Counted from the stretch's first letter, positions 28,826-39,749 are shown. The stretch is 64,000 bases of DNA from an uncultured Alphaproteobacteria bacterium (GCA_963773625.1 CAVZCJ010000005.1:2000-65999), one strand, 5' to 3'. The notes: a model not told the origin generated them from the letters alone. Numbers and translations are program-made.

Positions 28826-29383
28826 CTACTCCGCCGCGGCTTTGCCGAAGCTCGGGGCGTTTTCGAGGTCGTCGACGAGCGCCTCCTTGCCCTCGGTCGG
28901 CAGCGGCTCGAAGTAGTTGATGCCCGCGTCGATATCGCCTTCCCACATCTCGCGCGGCAGCTCGTAGAGCAGCTCGACGCCGTAGCCGTTGGGGTCGCTG
29001 ATATAGACGCTGTGGGTCACGCCGTGATTGACCCGCATGTTGAACTTGACGCCCTTTTCCTGCAGTTCGGCGAGCTTGGCGACAAAGGCCTCGCGGCTCG
29101 GCATCGCGATCGCGACATGGTTGATCGCCACCGGCTTGTCGAACAGGCCCCACTCCGAGGGCGGCGGCAGGTTCGGGTTCTCGACCAGCGCCACGTCGTG
29201 GTGGGTGTATTTGCCGTCATGGTCGCCGCTGTAGAACTGCATCTTCGGCGTCTTGCCCATTTCGGCGCGCGGGTGCAGCGCGCCGACCTGTTTCAGGCCG
29301 ACGATCTCGGTCCAGAATTTGTGCGACGCGTCCATGTCGCGAACATTGAGCACGACGTGATTGATGCCGACCGGTGCTGCCAT
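28826..29383 (-). CDS. VOC-family (glyoxalase/bleomycin-resistance/extradiol dioxygenase fold) protein, copy 1
   Basis: ATG 29383 inside ORF 28826..29731: MAAPVGINHVVLNVRDMDASHKFWTEIVGL...INHVAIAMPSREAF...VYISDPNGYGVELLYELP. Two beta-alpha-beta-beta-beta modules. Confidence 0.85.
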   Translation of the reverse strand: MAAPVGINHVVLNVRDMDASHKFWTEIVGLKQVGALHPRAEMGKTPKMQFYSGDHDGKYTHHDVALVENPNLPPPSEWGLFDKPVAINHVAIAMPSREAFVAKLAELQEKGVKFNMRVNHGVTHSVYISDPNGYGVELLYELPREMWEGDIDAGINYFEPLPTEGKEALVDDLENAPSFGKAAAE

Positions 29384-29403
29384 CTTAGCCTCCCATCGCT
29401 TGT

Positions 29404-29998
29404 CTATTCCGCCGCCGCTTTGCCAAAGCTCGGCGCCTTGTCGATCTCGTCGACCAGCGCGGCCTCGCCCTCGGTCGGCAGATTCTCTGCCCAGTTGAGC
29501 GCGGCGTCGATGTCGCCTTCCCACATGTCGCGCGGCAGCTCGTAGAGCAGCTCGACGCCGTAGCCGTTGGGGTCGCTGATATACAGGCTGCGGGTCATGC
29601 CATGATTGACCCGACGCTCGAACTTGACCCCGCGCTTTTGCAGAAAGGCGAGCTGTTTCAGCCACGCCTCGCGGCCGGGGAGGGTGATGGCGATGTGATT
29701 GACCGCGACCGGCGTGCCGAACATCGCCCAATCCTTGGGCCGCGGCGGCAGCTCCTTGTTCTCGACCAGGGCGATGTCGTGGTGGTTGAGCTTGCCCTCA
29801 TGGTCGGCGCTGTAGAAGCGCATGGTCGGGCGCGGCCGCTCCGGGCGTGCCCGGTTTCAGCCGGCCGACTTCCTGCATGCCGACGATCTCGGTCCAGAAT
29901 TGGTGCAACTCCTCGATGTCGCGGACATTGAGGACAAGGTGGTTGACCCCAACCGGGGTCACCGCGCGATCGGGCGCCGCTGTCTTGCCGTCTGCCAT
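29404..29998 (-). pseudogene. VOC-family protein, copy 2 (tandem paralogue), one frame shift as assembled
   Basis: ORF 29798..29998 (MADGKTAAPDRAVTPVGVNHLVLNVRDIEELHQFWTEIVGM..) joins ORF 29404..29823 (MRFYSADHEGKLNHHDIALVEN...LYISDPNGYGVELLYELP). Break about 29850. Confidence 0.82.
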
Positions 29999-30061
29999 GG
30001 CCGTGCCTCGCGAGTTCGGTGGAGATGCGCGCCTACAGTCTACCGCTGAAGCTCCCAGCCG

Positions 30062-30235
30062 TCACCACAGCGTCGAGCCGAGCATCAGGCCTCCGATGAG
30101 GAACGCCACGCAGATCACGATAAAGAGAAAGAACAACAGCTTGGCGATGCCGGCGGTCGCCGCCGAGATACCGGTAAAGCCGAACAGCGCCGCCACCAGC
30201 GACACAACGAGGAAAAACAAGGCCAGTCTGAGCAT
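30062..30235 (-). CDS. DUF1328 (UPF0391/YtjA-like) small membrane protein, 57 aa
   Basis: Below the ORF-track size cut-off; read by hand from the minus strand: [57 protein letters not shown]. Two TM helices with the GFxGI motif typical of the family. Confidence 0.7.
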   Translation of the reverse strand: MLRLALFFLVVSLVAALFGFTGISAATAGIAKLLFFLFIVICVAFLIGGLMLGSTLW

Positions 30236-30305
30236 CGATGTCTCCGGCAGAAGCTGATCGTATCAACGCCGTGGCAGGCAGATCATGCCCGCCGGTGTAG
30301 CCCGG

Positions 30306-31717
30306 TCATGGGATTTCGTAGACCGCGTAGTCGTCGGCGATGCCGCGCAGCGCGCGCTGCTGCGCGACCGGCGCGAGGCCCTTCGCGGCGAGCAGGTTCG
30401 AGGTCTGCGAGTGCTCGATCACGGGGCCGGTCGCCCAGATCGCGCGTGAGGTCGCCAGCCCCTGCACCCGCGAGGCGATGTTGACGGTCGAGCCGAAGAA
30501 ATCCTGCCGGTCGTTGAGCACCACCGCGAGGCACGGACCCTCGTGGATGCCGATCTTCAGCTGCAGATCCTCGCCGCCGCGGTCGGCGTTCAGCTGCTGC
30601 ATCGCCTCGCGCATCTTGAGCGCGGCGGCGACAGCGCGGTCGGGCGAGTCGAAGGTCGCCATCACCGCATCGCCGATGGTCTTGACGATGGCCCCCGCCT
30701 CGGCCGCGACGATCTCGTGCAGCACATGGAAATGCTGGCGCACCAGATCGTAGGCGGCGAGGTCGCCGACCCGTTCGTAGAGCGCGGTCGAGCTCTTGAG
30801 ATCGGTGAACAGGAAGGTGAGGCTGGTGATCTTGAGCCGCTGCTCCGGGTCGAGCGTGTCGGTGCCATAAAGGTCGCGGAAAACCTGGTTGGAGAGGAGC
30901 CGCTTGCCGCTGAGGAACGGATGCCGCAGGTCGAGCAGATGGTGCAACTCGTCGCCGGCGATCCATAGCCCGGGGAGGAGCCGTTCGCCGGTGCGGTTCT
31001 CGAACGACAGCCGCAGCGGGCCGGGCCGCATCTCGATCGTCGTCGTCGGCGCTTTGATCCCGGTGAACACGATCGACAGGTTCTGCCGCTCGCGGGTCGG
31101 CTCTCCGGTGACGTTGATGAACTGCGCGACATGCGTCACCGGCTCGAACACGATCAGGAACTGCGCCGGCAGCTGGAGCGACAATTGCGCCTTTTCGCCG
31201 GCCGGCAGCTCCAGCGTGTCGAGCGTGACGCTGGCGACAACCGGGTCGAGCTCTTCGGGAAGGTTCATCGCCGAGGCCCAGAAGATCTGGCGGAAATACT
31301 CGACAAACGGCAGGTCGTTTGGGTCGTGCGCGGCGATGCGGCGGGCGCGGCGGCTGACCGTAAACGTCACCTCGACCATCTGGTCGAGCGAGGCTTCGTA
31401 ACCGCTGGCGCAGAGCGCGCAGACATAATCGTCGTGCCCGACCGTCTTCAGGGTCGCGCCCTCGCCGAGCACGCCGCCGCAGCCGGGACAGACGACATTC
31501 CACGACAGCTCGAAGATGCCGAGCCGCGCGGCATGGAGGAACGCCGCGATCACGGCTTCCTCGTCGAGACCGCGGTCGGCGGCGAATTTGAGGGCGTTGA
31601 TGCGGCACAAATCGGGGTCGGGCGCATCGCGCACCAGCGCCTCGATCGGCCGTCACCACCGCCGGATCGGCGGATTGGCGCAGCGTGGCAAACAGGGAGT
31701 TCGGCTTCTTCGGTCAT
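30306..31717 (-). pseudogene. Class III adenylate/guanylate cyclase with a four-Cys N-terminal domain, probable frame shift near the 5' end
   Basis: ORF 30306..31634: ..WNVVCPGCGG...YVCALCASG.. then the cyclase domain LTFLFTDLKSSTALYE...KTIGDAVMATF...IGIHEGP...FGSTVNIASRV. ATG 31715-31717 (MTEEAELPV..) overlaps the MOSC stop as ATGA but is in another phase. A 1-nt change near 31650 would join them. Alternatively the gene starts at GTG 31634. Confidence 0.8.
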
Positions 31718-32502
31718 TGCGGATGGCTCACTGTATCGCCGACGGCGATCTCCCCCGCCGCGATCACCTCGGCATATATGCCCATGATGTTGTGCCCGAA
31801 ATGGCGCATCAGTTCGGCGACGACCGAAATGTCGCGCTCGGCGGTCGCCGGGTTGACCTCGGTCGCGGCGCAGCGGGTGATCGGCGAAATCGACCCGCAG
31901 CCGCGCGCCGCCGACGCCGCGATCTCGCGCTCCATCCAACTCTTGCTCGTCCCAGGCCGGCAGCCCGTCGAAATAGATATTGGCGCGGAAGCGGATCGGC
32001 TCGACCGTCGCGCCGATCTTGGTCTCGAAATCGCGGATGCTCGCGAGGTTGATCAGCGAGACGTATTTGTCGGTCGACGCGTTCGGCTTCGGCCGCGCAT
32101 CGGCGAAGGCGTGGCCCGGCGCCTCGACGACGCGCAGTTCGGCCTTTTGCTGGGATCGCCCAGAAAATCTTTGTAGTAGTCGGCGATGCGCCTCGCGCCG
32201 TCCGGTGTCGTCAGGCTCTCGCGCAGCGCCGTCTGGCCGTTTTGGGCGATGGTCAGCAGACCGGTCTCGGTATCGAAGCTCGTTTGCAACTGGGCCAGCG
32301 TCTCGTCGCGCATCAGCATGATGAAGTGGTTTTTCGACAGCCATTGCGGGTGTGCGGGGTCGAATTCGGTGGTGCCGAGCGCGATCGCGAAGCGGCGGTC
32401 GTGCGGCAGGCATTTGCCGGCACTGAGCCCGATCTGGCCAAGTGGCTCGGCTGACAGTCCCTTGACCGGGTAGCGATAGATATTGGTGATCGCGACCGCC
32501 AT
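31714..32502 (-). pseudogene. MOSC domain-containing protein (MOSC_N beta-barrel plus MOSC), two frame shifts as assembled
   Basis: ORF 32053..32520 from ATG 32502 (MAVAITNIYRYPVKGLSAEPL..), then the ORF 31550..32413 phase (..AELRVVEAPGHAFADA...SLINLASIRDFE...RFRANIYFDGLPAWDEQE), then ORF 31714..31935 (..ITRCAATEVNPATAERD...GIYAEVIAAGEIAVGDTV). Breaks near 32145 and 31938. Confidence 0.82.
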
Positions 32503-32617
32503 GCGCTGCTCCCCTCTCAACGCATGAAGGTAGGCATCAAGAAGCGGATTTTCATCCCGCCGCGCTGCGCTAGAGTAAGCTCACGAAAATGTCAGACCGG
32601 GTGCGAGGGGTAAGGAA

Positions 32618-34262
32618 ATGCAAGCGGATTACGTGATCGTCGGCGCCGGCTCGGCCGGATGCGTGCTCGCCAACCGGCTGACCGAGGACCCCAGCGTCCG
32701 GGTGATCCTGATCGAGGCGGGCGGCAAGGACTGGAATCCGCTTATCCACATCCCGGCCGGGTTCATGAAGATGCTCGACCACAAGACCCTGACCTGGGGC
32801 TTTCACGCCGAAGCCGATGTCGGTACCAACGGTCGCGCGATCCTCTATCCCGCGCGGACGAGTCATCGGCGGCTCGTCGTCGATCAACGGGCTCATCTAC
32901 ATCCGCGGCCAACCCGAGGATTACGACCACTGGCAGCAGCTCGGCAATCGCGGCTGGGGCTGGGACGACGTGCTGCCCTACTTCAAGAAGGCCGAGCGCT
33001 GGGAAGGCGAGGGCAGCGAGGTGCGCGGCAAGGACGGCCCGCTCTTCACCTCGAAGATGGACCGGCCGCCGATCTGCGAGGCGGCGATCGAGGCCGGCAA
33101 GCAGATCGGCCTCGAATACCGCGAGGACGTCAACGATCTGACGCGCCTGCACAACGACTGCATCGGCTGGTGCCAGCAGACCCGCGGCGGCCGGCTCCGC
33201 GCCAGCACCGCGCGCACCTATCTGCGCCCGGCGCTGAAGCGCGGCAACCTGCAGCTCGTCACCAAGGCGCTGGTGCACCGCATCGTCTTCGAGGGCAAGC
33301 GCGCGGTCGGGGTCGAGTTCTCGCGCGGCGGCCAGATCGAGCGCGCCGATGCCGGGCGCGAGGTGATCCTCTCGGCCGGCGCGGTCGGCTCGCCGCATTT
33401 GCTGCAGCTGTCGGGCGTCGGCGACCCCGAGCATCTCGGCAAGATCGGCGTGCCGGTCGTGCACGAGCTGATGGGCGTCGGCAAGAACATGCAGGACCAT
33501 TACGTCGTCCGCGTCACCCGCCGGGTGCACGGCGCGCAGACCGCGAACGAGAAGTCGCGCGGGCTGCCGCTCGCCGGCGAGGTGTTGCGCTACCTCTTCA
33601 CCGGCAAGGGCATGCTGACCTACAGCGCGTCGTTGGTCGCGGCCTCGGTCAAGGTGCTGGAGGAATCGGCGACCCCCGACATCCAGTGCTCGTTCGCGCC
33701 GGGGAGCTTCGTCAACGGCACGGTCGGCCAGCTCGAACGCGAGCCCGGGCTCACCGCCGGGATGTGGCAGATGCGGCCGCTGTCGCGCGGCTATGTGATG
33801 GCCAAGACCAACAGGCCCGGCGACGCGCCGGCGATCAACCCGCGCTACCTGTCGGACGAGACCGACCGGCGCGCGGTGCTCGGCGGCGTTCGCTATATCC
33901 GCAAGCTGTTCCAGGCGCCGGCGCTGGCGCAATACCTCGGCATCGAGAGCCTGCCGGGCGAGAAGGTGCAGAGCGACGAGGAGATCCTCGATTACGCCCG
34001 CCAATACGGCAACACGGTCTATCACGCGACCTGCACCTGCATGATGGGGCAGAACCCGAATTGCGTCGTCGACGACCAGCTCCGCGTCCACGGGATGGAG
34101 GGGCTCAGGGTGATCGACGCCTCGGTCATGCCGGCGGTCAGCTCGACCAACACCAACGCGCCGACCATCATGATCGCCGAGAAGGGCGCGGCGATGATCA
34201 AGGCCGGAGCGCGGGAGAGAGCTGGCGGCTTGATGCCGGCGCCCCCGTATCGTGTAGGATGA
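32618..34262 (+). pseudogene. GMC-family FAD oxidoreductase (choline/alcohol dehydrogenase-like), copy 1, one frame shift as assembled
   Basis: ORF 32618.. (MQADYVIVGAGSAGCVLANRLTEDPSVRVILIEAGG..) joins ORF 32817..34262 (..VIGGSSSINGLIYIRG...TVYHATCTCMMG...[23 protein letters not shown]). The break is an extra c in ccc at 32849-32851. Confidence 0.9.
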
Positions 34263-34314
34263 ACCGATCGCGCACCGGGTCCGCGTGCGCCCCTAACCCC
34301 CTGGAGCTTCCGGA

Positions 34315-35212
34315 ATGGCCGACACAACCGAATACACCCCGCCCAAGGTCTGGATAGCCAAGCCGGCCCTCGGCCGGTTCGCCAATATCAACCGCCCGAC
34401 TGCCGGCGCGCAGTTCGAGAGGGAGCTGCCGGTCGGCAAGCACCCGTTCCAGCTCTATTCGCTGGGCACGCCGAACGGGGTCAAGGTCACGATCATGTTC
34501 GAGGAGCTGCTGGCGAAAGGCCACAAGGGCGCCGAGTACGACGCCTGGCTGATCAAGATCGGCGACGGCGACCAGTTCGGCAGCGGTTTTGTCGCGATCA
34601 ACCCGAACTCGAAGATCCCGGCGCTGATGGACCGCAGCGGCCCGAAGCCGATCCGCGTCTTCGAGACCGCCGCGATCCTGATGCACCTCGCCGAGAAGTT
34701 CGGCGAGTTCCTGCCGACGACAGCCGATCCGGCGGCGCGCGCGGAGTGCCTGTCGTGGCTGTTCTGGCAGATGGGCAGCGCGCCCTATATCGGCGGCGGC
34801 TTTGGCCATTTCTATGCCTATGCGCCGGTCAAGATCGAATACGCGATCGACCGCTTTACGATGGAGGCGAAGCGGCTGCTCGACGTGCTCGACCGCCGGC
34901 TCGGCGAGAGCGAGTGGGTCGCCGGCCCGGACTATACGATCGCCGACATGGCCTGCTTCCCGTGGTATGGCGGGCTGGCGCGGTTCAACCAGTACGGCGG
35001 GGCCGAATTCCTGTCAGGTGCAGGACTACAAGAACGTGCAGCGCTGGTGCGATGCGATGCTGGCGCGGCCGGCGGTGCGGCGCGGGCGCATGGTCAACCG
35101 CCTGTCGGGCGATCCGTCGGAGCAGCTGCACGAGCGCCACGACGCCAGCGACTTCGAGACCAAGACGGCGGACAAAGTTCGCCGCAGCCGCGGACTGAGC
35201 GGGGCGCACTAG
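34315..35212 (+). pseudogene. yghU: Glutathione S-transferase, Nu class (YghU-like), one frame shift as assembled
   Basis: ORF 34315.. (..PPKVWIAKPALGRFANINRPTAG...LPVGKHPFQLYSLGTPNGVKVTIMFEELL...GGGFGHFYAYAPVKIEYAIDRFTMEAKRLLDVLD) joins ORF 34802..35212 (..YKNVQRW...EQLHERHDASDFETKT). Collinear with E. coli YghU from memory. Break ~35017. Confidence 0.88.
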
Positions 35213-35221
35213 CCGGGTGAC

Positions 35222-36409
35222 TCACCCCGGCCGCTGCGCCAGAATCTGCGCGAAGCGGACGATCCGCTCGTCCGGCTTCCCTGAGTCGCGCGTCCGGCGC
35301 GCTGAGCGCGATGCGCAGATGCCCGGCGGCGCTGGCGCCGAACCCGTCGCAGGGCAGCACCGCGACGTGCTCGCGCTCCAGCAGCTCGAGCGCGAACGCT
35401 TCCGAGCCAAGGCCGGTGCCGCGGCAATCGAGCAGCACGAACATGCCGCCTTCGGGCGGCACGACCCGGCAGTTCGGCGCCTCGGCGAGGAGCGCGCTCA
35501 TCATCGCCGCGCGCCGCCGATAGTCCTCGCGCAGCGCCGCGACCTCGGCGGCCTCCTGCCGCAACACCGCCAGCGCGCCCTCCTGGATGAAGCCGGGGCT
35601 GCCATAGGTCATGCACAGGAGCAGGTTGAAGAGGTGCCCCTGCAGCGCCGGCGGGCCGATCACCCAGCCCATGCGGAACCCCGGCGCGGCATGCGATTTC
35701 GACAGGCTGGAGACGACGACCGTGCGCTCCGCCATGCCGGGCAGCGAGCGGGGGCTGACATGCGGCCGGGCGAAGGCGAGGTCTTCATAGACCTCGTCCG
35801 AGACGCAGCCAAAGATCGTGCTGCCGGCACAGTTCGGCGATCGCCGCGATCTCGTCGGCGGTGAACACCGCGCCGGTCGGGTTGTGCGGCGAGTTGATCC
35901 ACACGACCCGCGTCTGCGGCGTGATCGCCGCCGCCATGGCGTCGAGATCGGGGTGGAAGCCGCGCTCGGGCACCAGCGGCACCGTCACCATCGTCGCGCC
36001 GCTGGCGCCGATCACCGCCTCGTAGGTGGCGTAGATCGGCTCGGGCACCACCACCTCGTCGCCCGGCTCCGGCGAGGCATTGCAGCGCGCAATAGAGCCC
36101 GCCCTGCGCGCCCGGCACGACGACGACATTGTCGGCGGTGCACGGCATCCCGGTGCGCGCGGCGTGTCGCGCCGCGATCGCCTCGCGCAGCGCCTCGGTG
36201 CCGATCATCCGCGAATACCCGGTGCGGTGCGCGCGCAGCGCCGCCACCGTGGTCTCGATCAGCACCTCGGGCGGCGCCTGGTCGGGGTCGCCGACGGTGA
36301 GCGCGATCACGTCCTCGCCAGCCTCGCGCAACTCGATCGCCCGGCGATGCACCGCCCAGGCGCCGGCGCCGCGCCCGGCGATCCGTTCGGTGAGCGATGA
36401 ATAGCGCAT
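35222..36409 (-). pseudogene. Class I/II pyridoxal-phosphate aminotransferase (aspartate aminotransferase-like), three frame shifts as assembled
   Basis: Stitched from ORF 35660..36427 (MRYSSLTERIAGRGAGAW...LTVGDPD), ORF 35785..36129 (..PGDEVVVPEPIYATYE...INSPHNPTGAVF), ORF 35094..35735 (..VVVSSLSKSHAAPGFRMGW..) and ORF 35222..35410 (..ERIVRFAQILAQRPG*). Phase falls by one at each junction. Confidence 0.85.
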
Positions 36410-36478
36410 GGCGGCCCTGACTGGCATCGGCGGTCGAGTGCGCTAGAGTAGCAGGAGACGCGGTTGGGGAGGGACGCG

Positions 36479-38097
36479 ATGCAAGCGGATTACGTGATCG
36501 TTGGCGCCGGGTCGGCCGGTTGCGTGCTCGCCAACCGGCTGAGCGCCGATCCGTCGGTCAAGGTCGTGCTGCTCGAGGCCGGCGGGCGCGACACCAGCCC
36601 GCTGATCCATGTCCCGGCCGGCTACATCAAGCTGCTCGACCACAAGAAATGGACCTGGATGTACTACGCCGAGGCCGACGAGGGGGTGAACGGCCGCGAA
36701 ATCCTCTACCCGCGCGGCAAGGTGCTGGGCGGCTCGTCGTCGATCAACGGCATGATCTACGTGCGCGGCCAGCCCGAGGATTTCGACCATTGGGCGCAGC
36801 TCGGCAATCGCGGCTGGGATTGGGACAGCGTGCTGCCCTATTTCAAGCAGGCGGAAAGCTGGGAAGGCGGCGCGGACGAATTTCACGGCAAGGACGGGCC
36901 GCTCTTGACCTCGCGCCCGGCCGACCGGCCGTTCCTTTGCGGCAAGATCATCGAGGCCGGCACCGAGATCGGCCTCGAATATCATGAGGACGTCAATCAT
37001 CTGCCGCCCGGCGCGCCCGACAATATCGGCTGGGTGCAGCAGACCCGGCGCGGCCGGCGGCGGCAAAGCGCGGCGCGCACCTATCTGCGGCCGGCGCTGA
37101 AGCGGCCCAACCTCCAGGTCGTCACCAACGCGCTGGTGCACCGCGTCGTCATCGCCGGCAAGCGCGCGACCGGGGTCGAGTTCTCGCGCGGCGGGCAGGT
37201 AGAGCGCGTCGACGCCGCGCGCGAGGTGATCCTCTCCGGCGGCGCGATCGGCTCGCCGCAGGTGCTGCAACTCTCCGGCGTCGGCGACCCCGACCATCTC
37301 GGCCGCATCGGCGTGCCGGTGGTGCATGCGCTGCCCGGGGTCGGCAAGAACCTCCAGGACCATTTCCTCGCCCGCTGCACCGCCGAGGTGCAGAACGCGC
37401 CGACCGCCAACGAGAAATCGCGCGGCCTGCCCTTTGTCGGCGAGCTGATGCGCTATGTGTTCTCCGGCTCGGGCCTGCTCACCTACGCCGCCTCGCTGGT
37501 CTGCGCCTCGGTCAAGGTGCTTGGAGGAGTCGGCGACGCCCAGACGTGCAGATACTCTTCGCCAATGCCAGCTTCGCGCCGGGGCCGATCCGCAAGCTCG
37601 ATTCCAAGCCCGGGATGACCGGCGGCATGTGGCAGATGCGGCCGCTGTCGCGCGGCTATGTCGAGGCCAAATCGCCCGACCCGCGCCAAGCGCCGGCGAT
37701 CAACCCGCGCTATCTCTCGCACGACACCGACCGGCGCTGCGCGATCGGCGGCCTGCGCGCGGTGCGGCGGCTGTTCGCGGCGCCGGCGCTGGCGCCCTAT
37801 CTCGTCGGCGAGATCCTGCCGGGCAAGGACGTGCAGAGCGACGACGAGCTGCTGCACTATCTGCGGCAGACCGGCTCGACCGTGTTCCACGCCACCTGCA
37901 CCTGCAAGATGGGCCAGGATGCGATGGCGGTGGTCGACGACCAGCTGCGCGTGCACGGGATCGAGGGGCTGCGGGTCATCGACGCCTCGGTGATGCCGAC
38001 CGTGACCTCGACCAACACCAATGCGCCGACCATCATGATCGCCGAGAAGGGCGCCGCGGCGATCAAGGCCGCGGCGCGGCAGCGGCTGGCGGCCTAG
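36479..38097 (+). pseudogene. GMC-family FAD oxidoreductase, copy 2, two frame shifts as assembled
   Basis: ORF 36464..37618 from ATG 36479 (MQADYVIVGAGSAGCVLANRLSADPSVKVVLLEAGG...) joins ORF 37546..38097 (..QILFANASFAPGPIRKLD...[12 protein letters not shown]...[13 protein letters not shown]). Two single-base insertions about 37520-37545, passing through the phase of ORF 37455. Confidence 0.9.
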
Positions 38098-38109
38098 GGA
38101 GCAAGGCTC

Positions 38110-39735
38110 ATGCAAGCGGATTACGTGATCGTCGGCGCCGGCTCGGCCGGGTGCGTGCTCGCCAACCGGCTGACCGAGGACCCCAGGCGTCAAGGTCGTA
38201 CTGATCGAGGCCGGCGGGAAGGACTGGAACCCGCTGATCCACATCCCGGTCGGTTACATGAAGCTGCTCGACCACAAGCAGCTCACCTGGGGCTTCAAGG
38301 CCGAGGCCGATCCCGGCACCGACGGGCCGCGCGATCGCCTATCCGCGCGGCCGCGTGCTCGGCGGCTCGTCGTCGATCAACGGGCTCATCTACATCCGCA
38401 GCCAGCCCGAGGACTATGATCACTGGGCGCAGCTCGGCAATCGCGGCTGGGGCTGGGACGACGTGCTGCCCTTCTTCAAGCAGGCCGAGAAGTGGACCGG
38501 CGAAGAGGCTGAAATTCATGGCAAAGGCGGGCATCTGACGACCTCGCCGATGACCGAGCAGCCCGAGGCCTGCCACGCGATCATCGCCGCGGCGCAAGAG
38601 CTCGGCCTCGAATTCCGGCCCGACGTCAACAACCTGCCGCGCGGCGCCGGCGACAGCATCGGCTGGTGCCAGCAGACCCGCGGCGGGCGCCGCCGCGCCA
38701 GCGCCGCGCGCGACCTATCTTCGCCCGGCGAAGAAGCGGCCCAACCTGCAGATCGTTACCCAGGCGCTGGTCCGCCACGTGGTCTTCGACGGCAAGCGCG
38801 CGACCGGCGTCGTCTATTCGCGCGGCGGCCAGGTAGAGCGGGCCGACGCGACGCGCGAGGTGATCCTCTCCGCGGGGGCGATCGGCTCGCCGCATGTCCT
38901 GCAGCTATCCGGGGTCGGCGATCCAGAGGTGCTGGGCAAGGCCGGCATCCCGGTGCATCACGCGCTCCCCGGGGTCGGGCAGCAATTTCCAGGACCATTA
39001 CATCGCGCGCATGTCGTGCTATCGTCCGCGATCTCGAGCACCCTCAACGAGCGCGCCCGCGGTCTCGGCTTCGCCAACGAGATCCTGCGCTATGTCGATG
39101 CAGGGCAAGGGCATGCTGACCTTCGGCGCCTCGCTCTGCGCCGCCTCGGTCAAGGTGCTGCCCGAGTCGGCGACGCCGGACGTGCAATGCGTCTTCGCCC
39201 CGGCGAGCTACAAGCCCGGCCTCATCAGGAAGCTCGACGACCGGCCCGGCATCACCGGCGGCCCGTGGCAGATGCGGCCGCTGTCGCGCGGCTATGTGCT
39301 GGTGCGCTCGCCCGACCCGCGCGAGCAGCCGGCGATCAACCCGCGCTACCTCGCCGAGGACACCGACCAGCGCGCCATGGTCGGCGGGCTTGAAATTCCT
39401 GCGCCGCCTGTTCGCCGCGCCGGCGCTGGCCAAGCACATCGTCGAGGAGAACGTGCCCGGCCCCGCGCGTGCAGAGCGACGACGAGCTGCTCGATTACGC
39501 GCGGCAGAACGGCTCGACCGTCTACCACGCCAGCTGCTCGTGCATGATGGGCAATCACGCGATGGCCGTCGTCGACGACCAGCTCCGCGTCCATGGCCTC
39601 GAGGGCCTGCGGGTGATCGACGCCTCGGTGATGCCGGCGGTGAGCTCGACCAACACCAACGCCCCGACGATCATGATCGCCGAGAAGGGCGCGGCGCTGA
39701 TCAAGGCGGCGGCGCGGGAGAAGCTGGCGGCTTAG
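38110..39735 (+). pseudogene. GMC-family FAD oxidoreductase, copy 3, about eight frame shifts as assembled
   Basis: Fragments in ORFs 38110, 38355, 38779, 38894, 39294 and 39469 stitch to [160 protein letters not shown]. The first break is an extra g at 38186-38187. Confidence 0.85.
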
Positions 39736-39749
39736 TTCCCTCTCCCGCA

